Below are positions 52,203 through 63,443 of a stretch of DNA of 64,000 nt, in pieces. Source of the stretch: Squalus acanthias (lineage: Eukaryota). The stretch covers positions 62,436,001 to 62,500,000 of the forward strand of contig CM059438.1 in assembly GCA_030390025.1 (NCBI GenBank). Reading direction: 5' to 3'. Every line of letters starts with the position of its first letter. The first letter of the stretch is position 1. Below the pieces are notes generated by a model that saw nothing but the letters and a program-made list of their open reading frames with translations, was not told the DNA's origin and ran no database searches. Made by a program: the position numbers and the translations under genes.

Positions 52203-52640
52203 AAAAAGAAAGACTTGCAATTATATAGCACCTTTCATGACCTCAGGATGTCCCAAAGCGCCTCACAGGCAATTAAGTACTTTTTTTTAAAGTGGATTCA
52301 CTGTTGTAATGTAGGAAATGCGGCAGCCAATTTGCGCACAGCAAGGTCCCACAAACAGCAATGTGATGATGACCAGAAAATCTGTTTTTTTTGTGGTTGA
52401 GGGATAAATGTTGGTCAGGACATCGGGGAGAACGCCCCTGCTCTTCTTCGAAACAGTGCCGTGGGATACGTTCGCATGAGAGAGCAGACAGGTTACTCAG
52501 TTTAATGTCTCATCCAAAAGAAGGCACCTCTGACAGTGCAGCGCTTCCTCAGTACTGCACTGGAGCGTCAGTCTAGAGTTTGTGCTCAAGTCCCTGGAGT
52601 GGGACTTGAACCCACAACTCGGAGGCAAGAGTGCTACTGA
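52203..52640 (-). mobile_element. SacSINE1-type SINE (nearly tail-to-tail with a diverged + copy at ~51845-52160)
   Basis: Head, core and tail on the minus strand. Confidence 0.85.
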
Positions 52641-53434
52641 CTGAGCCACGGGCGACACTGACACCGACTGGAAGTGTACGCATGCATGTGGTTGTCAGGC
52701 AATGACTGAATCATACTCGGCTATGATGCCTTTTGCTGTTGAATAGACTGCCATACTGTCAAGACCTACAGGAGAATGACCCTTGTGTGAGGAACCCAAG
52801 AGCAATCGGACTCAGTAGGACAGTTTCCCCAATAGGGACGACACCTTCAGAGGACAGGGGGTAGAAGGGGAGAGAATTGATATAAAAGGGAGTGGGTGGA
52901 GGGGGCGGGGGAAGCAGCTTCTGTGAAGGGTTAAATGTGACTCAATTCTGTATTTGTTCCTGATGGGTTTTTACAATTTAAGGGTAAATGAATTGTGTCA
53001 TTAAGAAGATTGAACAAGTTTTACTGCAGTTTCAGTCGCTGGCACTGCTATTACTTCTTGTTGTGAATAAAGTGCTGGGAAGACAATGCAGCAGGAGGGT
53101 GCTCCACCAGGCTTTTCATATGTTAATACCCTTCACAGCTAGGCAAAGAGAACAGATATTAGCCATATTATTACATCTTTACAGGCCCATTAACGTGCAG
53201 TCTTCTCTAAGCAGCGGGGCCTGTGAATCAGCAGCTAGTTCCTGTCAGATTCAGACCTATTCACAGCTTTCTCTTTTGCTTACATTCTGAAGACTGAACC
53301 TTTTCAGGTAGGCAGCAGAGTCTGAATGGGAATGGCCACCAGGCAGGTCTCAATAGCACACCCATTTCCTCTGCATCTTCCTGCTGTGTCTCACAACTCA
53401 CGGCTTTCCTTTTTTTTTTCTCTTCTTGTCACAG

Positions 53435-53506
53435 ACAGGGGAGATGGAGGTCAAGAATCCACTGTTTGATGATTCGTCTCTACATCATCCACCCCCAAGT
53501 AACTAG
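53435..53506 (+). CDS. NPDC1: NPDC1 last coding exon (TGEMEVKNPLFDDSSLHHPPPSN*)
   Basis: Long pyrimidine tract + cag; TGEMEVxNPLFD motif; TAG at 53504-53506. Confidence 0.97.
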   Translation, partial: TGEMEVKNPLFDDSSLHHPPPSN

Positions 53507-55002
53507 GCAACCTGGTATCTCTCTGGACTATAGACTTCAAGAAGGGAGAATTATCTGCAGTCACAAGAGATCGTTCAACTGTGCACCAGAGGACAATCTG
53601 CATCTCCAATGGTCTCTTTCATTCTGTTTCTGACTGTTGAGGGAATTCAGCCCCTACCCCAATCCCCATCCTGGTGGTATAGTAGATTCTGTAATGGTTG
53701 CTGCCTCCTTAACCCCAAGTCCTACCCTACTGGCTCAAACACACACACGCATATTTTTACTTTTCTTGAGCTGACTTCCTGGGCAGTTTAAGAGGCAATC
53801 ATGGAGCGTTCCTTGCTTCTGAAAGACATGCCATGTACGACTGAATGGATAGTGGTTGGAAGGAAAGGTATTAAGAAGGTGACCATTGAACGCTGTTGCT
53901 GCTCGGTGATTTGTATGTAGCGTGTTCTGTATGGGACGTGCGTGCAGCTGACAAACCTGGTACATGGTTGCCAATACAGCCAATTTAGAAGTAGCTTTCC
54001 CCACCCTCCTGGTTGTGGTGTGGTGTGATGCAATTCTCAAACTGACCAGAAAGAAATCCTTGAAGGTGTGTGAGACTGTCAGAAAGGGGATGACTGCAAT
54101 GAAGTGGGGTTCGTTGGTACAGTGGTCAGGTGCAGTCGCTACAAAGGCTTACAACAGAATCATTAGAGGGGAAGGGTTGACATTTAATTCTTTCAACGTG
54201 TAATCTGGTAGAGGTATTCACAGCAGCAGTAGTGTAAAAGCTCAGATGCCATTGATTCTCCATTGCAATAACCCAACACGGGCTCTGGTAAATATTTATA
54301 GTGTCAGAATGTGGTATGCTGGCAGCTGCCTCGAGCCTTGACAAAAGTAACTCAATGGGACAGTTATCAACGCTCATAAGAGAAAAACACTCGTCCCACT
54401 GAAGCTCATACTTCAAATACTCTTAACCGTCCCAGCCGAGCATTCATTTTGAACATTCCTAATCTTGGGATATGCAGCTGTTCTATTGAGATTTCCAACC
54501 TTTTTTCCGAAATCATTCCACTGCCCATTAAAACTGAAGAAGCATTTAAAAAGCAAAGGATCTGATTTTGGAAGAAAATAAAGTCATTTGTGGAGGGCTG
54601 CTGGAGCAGGGCACTTGGACTCAACGCAAGCACTGACCGCACACCCCAACCTCCTCAGCTTATGTATGCCAAATATTAACCAGTAACTGAGTGCCAGTTC
54701 TTTATTGCCACCAGTGTAGGTTTGGTACTAGTCTATTACTGTAGAGAGGAGCTATTTTTTGCAACCTTCCCATCTTTCTCACTCCTGCCCATACCATGTA
54801 ATACAAAGTGCAACATTTTTCTGTCACGAGACCTATGCCTGCATTATACAGAATGTTTGCCCATGAGCTGAGTGACTGACGCCAACCATACATACTCATA
54901 ATTATACCAGTCAGTCCCTAGTTCAATCAAAAGTGTCGCCACCTTCAGAGCTGCAGCTTACACTCTGTGACTACTGGTGAAAATCAAGTTTGTCAGGCTG
55001 AC

Positions 55003-55330
55003 CGGGGTAGTGTGGTTATGGTAGTACTAGCAACCCAGAGATCTTGAGTTCAAATCCCAACACAGCAAGTTATTAAATCAAATTCAATCAATCCTGGTAA
55101 CTTGTGGGGTAGGAGCAGAAAGAAAATGATGGATTGTCGTAAAAACTCAGCCTGCCTCTTCTACCCGCTCTGCCCTACATGTTAACTCTAGACCACAGTA
55201 CGTGGTTGACTTTTAATGCCCTCGGAAGTGGCCTAGCAAGCCAAATGTTCGAGAGCGGCACACCAACCACCACCTTATGGCAACTAGGGGTGGACAATAA
55301 ATGTGGCCTTGCCAGCATCCCAAGAGCAAG
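55003..55330 (+). mobile_element. Diverged tRNA-headed SINE sharing its 3' end with the LINE fragment at 44516-44600
   Basis: gagttcaaatccc B-box-like motif; tail ggacaataaatgtggccttgccagc. Confidence 0.55.
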
Positions 55331-57291
55331 ATTAATACAAAAGACTCAACCTGCCCCCAGGTTAATGCTTGCTCACCAAATTGAACGGTATATGAAATAG
55401 ATTTGTTGGAGCTGAAGAGAACCCCCCCTCCCCATCTCAAATCCCACTCTCCCAGCTGGAGTTTTATACCTGGAAGTGGGGCATCCCTGAAGTGGAGACA
55501 CATTGTACCTCAATTGTGCAGCATCAGGTGAAAAGGTCTTTGTTTCTCAAACTGGGAAAATGAGAACTTTGTATAAATAGTCGTATAAATGCCTTGGTAA
55601 CCTAACGATTTACTTGTGTAAATGATATATAACAGAAACATGCTGGGGGAGATGTTAACAAAAAAGGAAATAACGGTTATATCTACATTGTATAAATTGG
55701 TTGGAACAGATTTTAATCTAATTATGAACAGTTATGAAGTAATTTATGTGGAAGTTAATAGAAACTAGGTTAACACTTAGATGATTTTGTTTATGGGCCT
55801 AACTAGAGGAAGTTTTACTCCTGAGATTTTATTTTAAAGGGACCTGATTCGTAATGCTCCACTTGCCTTTACTGGCGATGCTTTACTATCGAATGCTATG
55901 ACGTTGAGTTAATTTCAGGATATTTTGCATACTTTATACAATGTGCAGAGCCCACTGATCCCACTGCCTCAGTCAGAACTCAGTAAATTGTTTCTAACCC
56001 CAATTGCAGGAGCTATCTGTGATCCAAAGTTGGACCTACTCACTGTATTTTTAATTCTGATGCCGCTGGAAAGGTCAGCTTAATCGTGAACTGGCGGTTT
56101 AACCTGTATCAACGAGTTACCGGTGCTAAGCACCTGTCACACAACTACTTTTTTTGTAGAGTTGAAAAATATTGGACATTTAAAATCAAAACAGAAAATG
56201 ATGGACATGCACAGCCAATGGATCAGCGTCTGAGGGGAAAAGAGGTTAACAATTTAGTTGTAGGGCCCACACCTGGAATGTTCATAGAATCATACAGCAC
56301 AGAAGGAGGCCATTCGGCCCATCGTGCCTGTGCTGGCTCTTTGAAAGAGCTCTCCAATCAGTCCCACCCCCCCTGCTCTTTCCCCATAGTCCTGCAAATG
56401 TTTCCAAATGTTGACCTCTTCCCTGCAGTATTCAGATGGTGTTGACACATTTGAATGTAATCAAATCCATGATTGAGCTGCTGATTGAAGCTGTTAGCCA
56501 GGAAAACACTAATGCACAGGTGATATGCTCAGCACACTTCAGTCTTCATGCAGCGTTTTTAATATTTGAAACACTAAGAGCCGAAAAAGCAGTAGTTTTA
56601 GTTTCCAGAATCTCCACAGTGAGGGTTAGTAGTTAACCTGGTAGAAACACTCCAGTGGAGCAGTGACTTTGCAGAAACAGTCACCAATTACGCCAAAATG
56701 TCAAAACTACCTAGAAATGGTCGCTTTCTGTGTGAAGGGAAGAAGTTCAATGAAAACCAACTCCTTCGGTTAGTTTTCATGCTGGTGCTCGAATTGTTCG
56801 ACCGCAGTTTCCATTCCACTGCAACTCAATGAGCAGAAATACGTTTTCATTTAAACAGGACTATGGAGCTTAATGAAATGGCTAATGTTAAATATTTCAT
56901 TTTTGAAGACGCTGGTTTTGTAATGGCAAGGCGGGAAATTAATTAAATAGTGTAATGTACAGTGCACTGCATGGGAGAATGAAGAGTGTCCAGAGTACAG
57001 ATGGGTGATGTTTGCATGGGATAAGTGCTTTGGATCAGACTTTTGATATTCTCCCTCTTACTTTTTGGTTCCTTCTCCCATTCTTCTGTGATCGGCCACA
57101 AGGACCATGATGATCTTTAACATTCCAATGTTCCGATCCGTATCCGTCTTCTGCCACTCCATGTATTTATTACCTGTTCACATTTATTTCAGTTGTGTCT
57201 TTATTTCCAGTATATTTTGTCTTCACGAAACTAGTCACCACCGTTTCAAATACCTGTTCTTGCATAACGTATATTGTTGTATTTTTCTGTG

Positions 57292-57297
57292 AATAAA
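57292..57297 (+). terminator. Candidate polyadenylation signal AATAAA
   Basis: T-rich upstream context and ggtttttttt ~20 nt downstream. Confidence 0.5.
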
Positions 57298-59119
57298 TTG
57301 ATTTGTTGAAATCCTGGTTTTTTTTAGTACTGTGGCAGACTTTTAAGGAGATATTTCATAACTCTCAACAAAAGTATATTCCAGTGAGAAAGACGCTACG
57401 AGAAGGATGAACCATCCGTGGCTTACTAAGGAAGTTAAGGAGGGTATCAAATTGAAAGAAAAGGCATACAATGTTGAAGATTAGTGGTAGGCCAGAAGAT
57501 TGGGAAATTTTTAGAAACTTGCAAAGGATGACTAAAAAATAATAGAGGGAGAAAATAGATTATGAGAGTAAACTAGCAAGAAATATAAAAACCGACAGTA
57601 AGAGCTTCTACAAGTATATAAAAAGGAAGAGAGTAGCTAAAGTAAATGTTGGTCACTTAGAGGATGAGACTGGGGAATTAATAATGGAAAACAAGGAAAT
57701 GGTAGAGACTTTGAACAAATATTTTGTATCTGTCTTCACAGTAGAAGACACTAAAAACATCCCAATAATAGTAGAATATCAAGGGGCAAAAGGGAGGGAG
57801 GAACTTAAAACAATCATTATCACTAGAGAAAAAGTACTAGGCAAACTAATGGGACTAAAGGCTGACAAGTCCCCTGGACCTGATGGCCTGCATCCTAGGG
57901 TCTTAAAAGAAGTGGCAGAGATAGTGGATACATTGGTTGTAATCTTCCAAAATTCCCTAGACTCTGGAAAGGTCCCAGCGGATTGGAAAACTGCAAGTGT
58001 AACACCCATATTCAAGAAAGGAGGGAGACAAAGCAGGAATCTATAGGCCAGTTAGCCTAACATCTGTCATTGGGAAAATGCTGGAATCCATTATTAAGGA
58101 AATAGTAGCAGGACATTTAGAAAATCATAATACAATCAAGCAGAGTCAACATAGTTTTATGAAAGGGAAATCATGTTTGACAAATTTATTAGAGTTCTTT
58201 GAGGATGTAACGAGCAGGATGGCTGAAGGGGAACCAGTAGATGTAGTGTATTTGGATTTCCAAAAGGCATTCGATAAGGTGCCACATAAAAGGTTACTGC
58301 ATAAGATAAGAGCTCATGGGATTGGGGGTAATATATTAGCATGAATAGAGGATTGGCTAACTAACAGAAAACAGAGAGTCGGGATAAATGGGTCATTTTC
58401 GAGTTGGCAAACTGTAACTAGTGGGGTACCACAGGGATCAGTGCTGGGGCCTCAACTATTTACAATCTATATTAATGACTTGGATGAAGAGACCAAGTGT
58501 ACTGTAGCCAAATTTGCTGACGAAAGGTGGGAAAGCAAGTTGTGAGGAGGACACAAAGGGCTCGATTTTAACAGCCCTGAGGAGGCGGGTCAGCTGCGAA
58601 AATCAGGAAAAAATGGCTTCAGACACCCAACCCGCCTCCATCCCGCCCCCACGCGATTTTCGTGAGTGTTGGGTCAGCCGCTCCCAAATAGACCCAACAC
58701 CAACTGGTGGGACAGGTAGTTAAGGCAGTTAAGAGCCTGTTAACTGCCTTGCTAATCCTATTTTGATAGAGGTTTCCCATTTTCTTGCCTCTGGCTCCTG
58801 TTTCCCGTCTTGTCAGAAACAGTCCAGCTGCAAGGAGACGAGTTGGTGGAGGACATGATCTGTAGTCATTATTGGTGCAGAACTTTAAAAGTGCTCCTGT
58901 AACATGGCTGGCATTCAAATGCAACAACTTTGTTGTTGGAGGTTTGGGATAAGATTTTGCAAAGCTACTGACCTTTGTGACTGGTCGAGCTGACACACAT
59001 CTGCTGTTTGAACTGATTGGAATAATTTCAGGCCACTTTGAGCGTGCGCTTGCAAGCTTCTTGCCTCAATTGAAATCTATTACATCCTCTCATTCTGGTC
59101 GTCAGATTCGGAGGAAGAG

Positions 59120-59314
59120 CAGCGTGGCTTAGTGCTGCCGGATGAACAAGTGGCTCAGCACACAGCCTCCTTGGAGGAAGAGGACGAGGAGGAGGATGAG
59201 TGGGAGGACGGGGAGTGACACCTTGCGGAGCCGGATGTGGCCAATCCAGCAGCAGGCGACCACATTGATGGCCGTCAGGCAAGGAATGCACTCATCCTTG
59301 GCAGATCTGCGTAA
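59120..59314 (+). pseudogene. Probable C-terminal remnant of Harbinger transposase
   Basis: QRGLVLPDE...LEEEDEEEDEWEDGE*...GRQARNALILGRSA*: acidic tail followed by an RxxLI motif, convergent with the Myb gene. Confidence 0.55.
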
Positions 59315-59505
59315 GCTAACGCTTCAACCACAGGTGGCTGGCACATGGAGATGAATATAAGTCCAACAGTCTCAAACCCCAGGCATCATCTGTCCAATAA
59401 ATGGTGGTTTGTGCTCGGTGTCACCACCAACATTCTACATGGAAATCACCCTGAGCCCTCACTCTTGAACTTCCATGTCCCAGGACACAGAGGCCACACT
59501 TTAGG

Positions 59506-59739
59506 TGATCTCAGCAGATCATTAAACCTTTTTCGACACTAAGCCCATGTGCGTCTGCGCACAGACCTCGAGCTCACCACCTCAGCAATTTGCAGCCAAG
59601 CTGCCTTGGTTTGCTGAGGAGGCCTCCTCCTTCCGTTTCCAGGGAAGAGGAGCTCCTGACGTCCTCTAACTCCCTCAACAAGAGCATGGAGAGAGCCCTC
59701 ATTGAACCTGGGTGCAGCCTTAGTTTTTGGGGCTGCCAT
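59506..59739 (-). pseudogene. Harbinger Myb/SANT-like DNA-binding domain remnant
   Basis: MAAPKTKAAPRFNEGSLHALVEGV...LLF...KAAWLQIAEVV...RRTWA*CRKRFNDLLRS; single in-frame TAG where Q is expected. Confidence 0.8.
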
Positions 59740-61242
59740 TCCTGCTGCTCCCAGCACCTTTAAGAGAAAAAAAGAATTAATATTACTAAGCCAATGATTG
59801 GAACACATCTGGCATTTTTTCATTTCATAGTCAGATAATAAAGTCATATATCAAAAAATCATGAATCTCTCTGGAATAATATGACCAGCAATATCATTCC
59901 TTAAATTTTGCTCAGAACAGACGCTGTCAACTCCCTTTTCAAGATAATAAAGCACCAAACCATCCCAATGACATTTGTATGCAAAGGGGACATGGCCCCT
60001 TTAAATTTTCAAACAAACAACGTGTCATCAGACGTGAGAAACTGACATCCTCCGAGCAGTTGCCTGGAGGGACCCGCACGTCGGCCGGAACGAAGCCAAT
60101 GAAGCCAAAATCGGAAGTGCTGGGAGGCGGCAGCTGGGCGCGGGTCTGAAAGCTGCCGAGCAGCGGGCCCGCCCTCAACCCGCCTCCGTTATTAAAATCC
60201 AACCCAAAGAGTCTGCAAAGGGATATAGATAGGTTAAGTGTGCAAAAATTTGGCAGATGGAGTATAATGTGGGAAAATGTGAGGTTATCCACTTTGATAG
60301 GAAGAATAGAAAAGCAAAATATTATTTAAATGGGGAGAGACTACAGAATGCTGAGGTACAGAGGGATCTGGGTGTCCTCGTACATGAAACACAAAAAGTT
60401 AGCATACAGCTACAGCAAGTAATTAGGAAGGCAAATGGAATGATGGCCTTTATTGCAAGGGGGATGGAGTATAAAAATAGGGAAGTCTTGCTACAACTGT
60501 ACAGGGCATTGGTGAGATCACACCTGGAGTACTGCGTTTTGGTCTCCTTATTTAAGGAGGGATATACTTGCATTGGAGGCAGTTCAGAGAAGGTTCACGA
60601 GGTTGATTCCTGAGATGAAGGGGTTGTCTTATGAGGAAAGGTTGAGCAGGTTGGGGCTATACTCATTGGAGTTTAGAAGAATGAGAGGTGATCTTATTGA
60701 AACATATAAGATTCTGAGGGGGCTTGACAGGATAGATGCTGAGAGGATGTTTCCCCTCGTGGGGAAATCTAAAACTAGAACTAGGGGGCATAATAAGGGG
60801 TTTCAAAATAAGGGGTCGCCCATTTAAGATGGAGATGAGGAGGAATTTCTTCTCTCAGAGGGTCGTGAATCTTTGGAGTTCTCTACCCCAGAGAGCTGTG
60901 GAGGCTGGGTTATTGAATATTTTCAAGGTTGAGATAGACAGATTTTTGAAGTACAGGGGAGTCAAGGGTTATGGGGAACAGGCAGAAAAGTGGAGTTGAG
61001 GCCAAGATCAGATCAGCCATGATCTTATTGAATGGCGGAGCAGACTCGAGGGGCCGAATGGCCTACTCCTGCTCCAATTTCTTATGTTCTTATGTTTTCT
61101 GTGGTGATTGTTGAAAGTCAATAAAATGGCTTTTTCACTGATGCTCTATTCTCAGGATCTTCAAACCTTTTGTCTGGTTAGTCCATACCATGTAACCCCA
61201 TGGACTATGTGTGCTGTGGTTCGATAATGGAGTTTCCATTAG

Positions 61243-61705
61243 AGGTGTCAGCTGTGGCTCAGGAGGTAGCACTCTCGCCTTTGAATCAGAAGGTTGTGGG
61301 TTCAAGTCCTGCTCCAAAGATTTAAGCATTAATCTAGGCTGACACTCCAGTGCAATACAGAGGGAGCGCTGCACTGTTGAAGGTGCTGTCTTTCAGATGA
61401 AATGTTAAACTGAGGCCCTGTCTACCCTCTCAGGTGAACATAAAAGATCACATGGCACTATTTCAAAGAAGAGCAAGAAGAGCAGGGGAGATCTCCTCGG
61501 TGTGCTGGCCAATATTTATCCCTCAACCAGCACCATTGAAACTGATTATTTGGTCATTATTGCAATGCTGTTATTGGGAGCTTGCTGTGCACAAATTGGC
61601 TGCCACTATTCCTACATTACAACAGTGACTACACTTCAAAAGTACTTCATTTGGGAAGTTTTGAGGTCGTGTATGACGCTATATAAATGAAAGTTCTTCT
61701 TTCCC
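61243..61705 (+). mobile_element. SacSINE1-type SINE, near full length
   Basis: Head, core, tail. Confidence 0.87.
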
Positions 61706-62130
61706 TACTTGGTACAGCAACACAAACCTTGCTAATGTATTTACATTGTGCTCAGTGCAGGCATAAACCATAATGATGGTAATAATAAAGGGGGTAACAT
61801 ACTTAGAATCATAGAATCGTACAGTGCAGAAGAAGGCCATTCGTCCCATCATGTCTGTGCCAGCTCTCTGAAAGAGCTGTCCAATTTAGTCCCATACCAC
61901 AGCTTTTTCCCCTTAATCCTGCAAATTAGTTTGAATCAAATACATGTCCAATTGCCTTTTGAAAGTTCCTATGGAATCTGCTTTCACCACCCTTTCAGGT
62001 AGTGCGTTCCATGTCATAACAACCCTATGTGAAATAATTTCTCCTCATTTCCCTTCTAAGAACATAAGAAATAAGAGCAGGAGTAGGCCTTAAGGCCCCT
62101 CGAGCCTACTCCGCCATTCAATAAGATCAT

Positions 62131-62307
62131 AAGTGAGAAGTCGTACAACACCAGGTTATAGTCCAACAGCTTTATTTGAAATCACAAGCTTTCGGAGCGC
62201 TCCGAAAGCTTGTGATTTCAAATAAAGCTGTTGGACTATAACCTGGTGTTGTGCGACTTCTCACTTTTGTCCACCCCAGTCCAACACCGGCATCTCCGCA
62301 TCATGGC
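62131..62307. mobile_element. PLE family B fold-back insertion (136-bp palindrome + 41-nt tail) in a CR1 tail fragment
   Basis: Arms 62131-62198/62199-62266 with one mismatch; TSD CAATAAGATCAT 62119-62130/62308-62319. Confidence 0.92.
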
Positions 62308-63064
62308 CAATAAGATCATGGCTGATCATTGACCTCAACTCCACTTTCCCGCCCGATCTCCATATCCCTTGATTCCCCTAGAGTCCAAAAATCTATCTAT
62401 CTCAGCCTTGCATATATAAATATCTTGAATTATATACCTCAACACCAATATATTAAAAACTTTAGACAAAATATTTCCTTCGACAGAATGTGTCACTTAA
62501 TTTAGGATGCAAAATATTGATCATTCATCTAATAGCTGATTTTTTTGTCGTAACTAACCAGAATTGCCAAAAACCCTATAAACTCAAAATCCCAAAGATG
62601 CCTCTAGCAACTAAGAAGCCAAAGAAAAGCTAGAATGTTATAAAGAAGTAAACACAACAAATGTCATAACTTTCAACAGTGAATCATTTACAGAAAGATC
62701 AGTTAACAATCTACTGCAATGGGAGACAGAAGCAGTTTTTGACCTGCACTCACTAGGGAAATTTTTTATATGTTTTTAGATAGCTTAAGTATGATGTAAA
62801 ATTAAGCTTCAGATAACTGTAGCTGAAACAGTTCCCTTGTTTCTGTCACAGGAGTGGCCAACATACATAACTGTCCAAAGATACCCTGTTTCAATTAGAG
62901 GTGGCCAACCGTTGTTATCAGTGCCACTGCCTACATGCAAACTGGTTAGGTGAAGGTGTGCTTGGTAATTTTTTTTAAACTACAAGAGTGGAAAGTAGAC
63001 AAAATGTTTAATATTTAATGGATAAACCATCAAGAGTGCTTTGTTCGAAAGAGAATCAGATTGT

Positions 63065-63443
63065 GCATTGTTTAAAAGTTCTTTTGCCAATTATTTTAAG
63101 TCTATGGCCTCTGGTTACCGATCCACTTGCCAGAGGAATCCATTTCTCCCGACTTGCTTGATCAAAATCCCTCATAATTTTGAACACCTCTATTAGATCT
63201 CCCCTTAACCTTCTCTGCTCCAAGGAGAACAATCCCAGCTTCTCCAATCTCTCCACATAACTGAAGTCCCTCATCCCTGATATCATACTGGTAAACCTCC
63301 TCTGTCCCCTCTTCAAGGCCTTGACATCCTTCCTAAAGTGTGGTGCCCAGAACTGTACACAATACTCCAGCTCAGGCTGAACCAGAGATTTATAAAAGCT
63401 TAGCATGACTGCCTTGTTTTTGTATTCAATGCCCCTATTTACA
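63065..63443 (-). mobile_element. CR1 ORF2 fragment
   Basis: LVQPELEYCVQFWAPH...RRLRGDLIEVFKI. Confidence 0.88.

Larger units (their letters stand above)
53507..57320 (+). other. NPDC1: Probable long 3'UTR of NPDC1
   Basis: Mostly unique, AT-rich sequence after the stop, ending at AATAAA 57292 with a downstream T/GT-rich tract; an upstream AATAAA at 54577 is a possible alternative site. Confidence 0.5.
58558..60205. mobile_element. Internally deleted PIF/Harbinger DNA transposon
   Basis: TIR GGGCTCGATTTTAA / TTAAAATCCAACCC (12/14); AAA TSD 58555-58557/60206-60208; Myb/SANT and transposase-tail remnants. Confidence 0.88.
57331..61096 (+). mobile_element. CR1 LINE ORF2 remnant interrupted by a Harbinger element (58558-60205)
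   Basis: [60 protein letters not shown]; frameshifts and stops; (TTCTTATG)n tail. Confidence 0.93.

Noticed and set aside
53431..53438. Tandem acceptor acagACAG
   Set aside because: The distal AG is 4 nt downstream and would frameshift the conserved TGEMEVKNPLF; no evidence of use
62131..62266. Host microRNA precursor
   Set aside because: Entirely PLE terminal repeat with a TSD; explained by fold-back insertion
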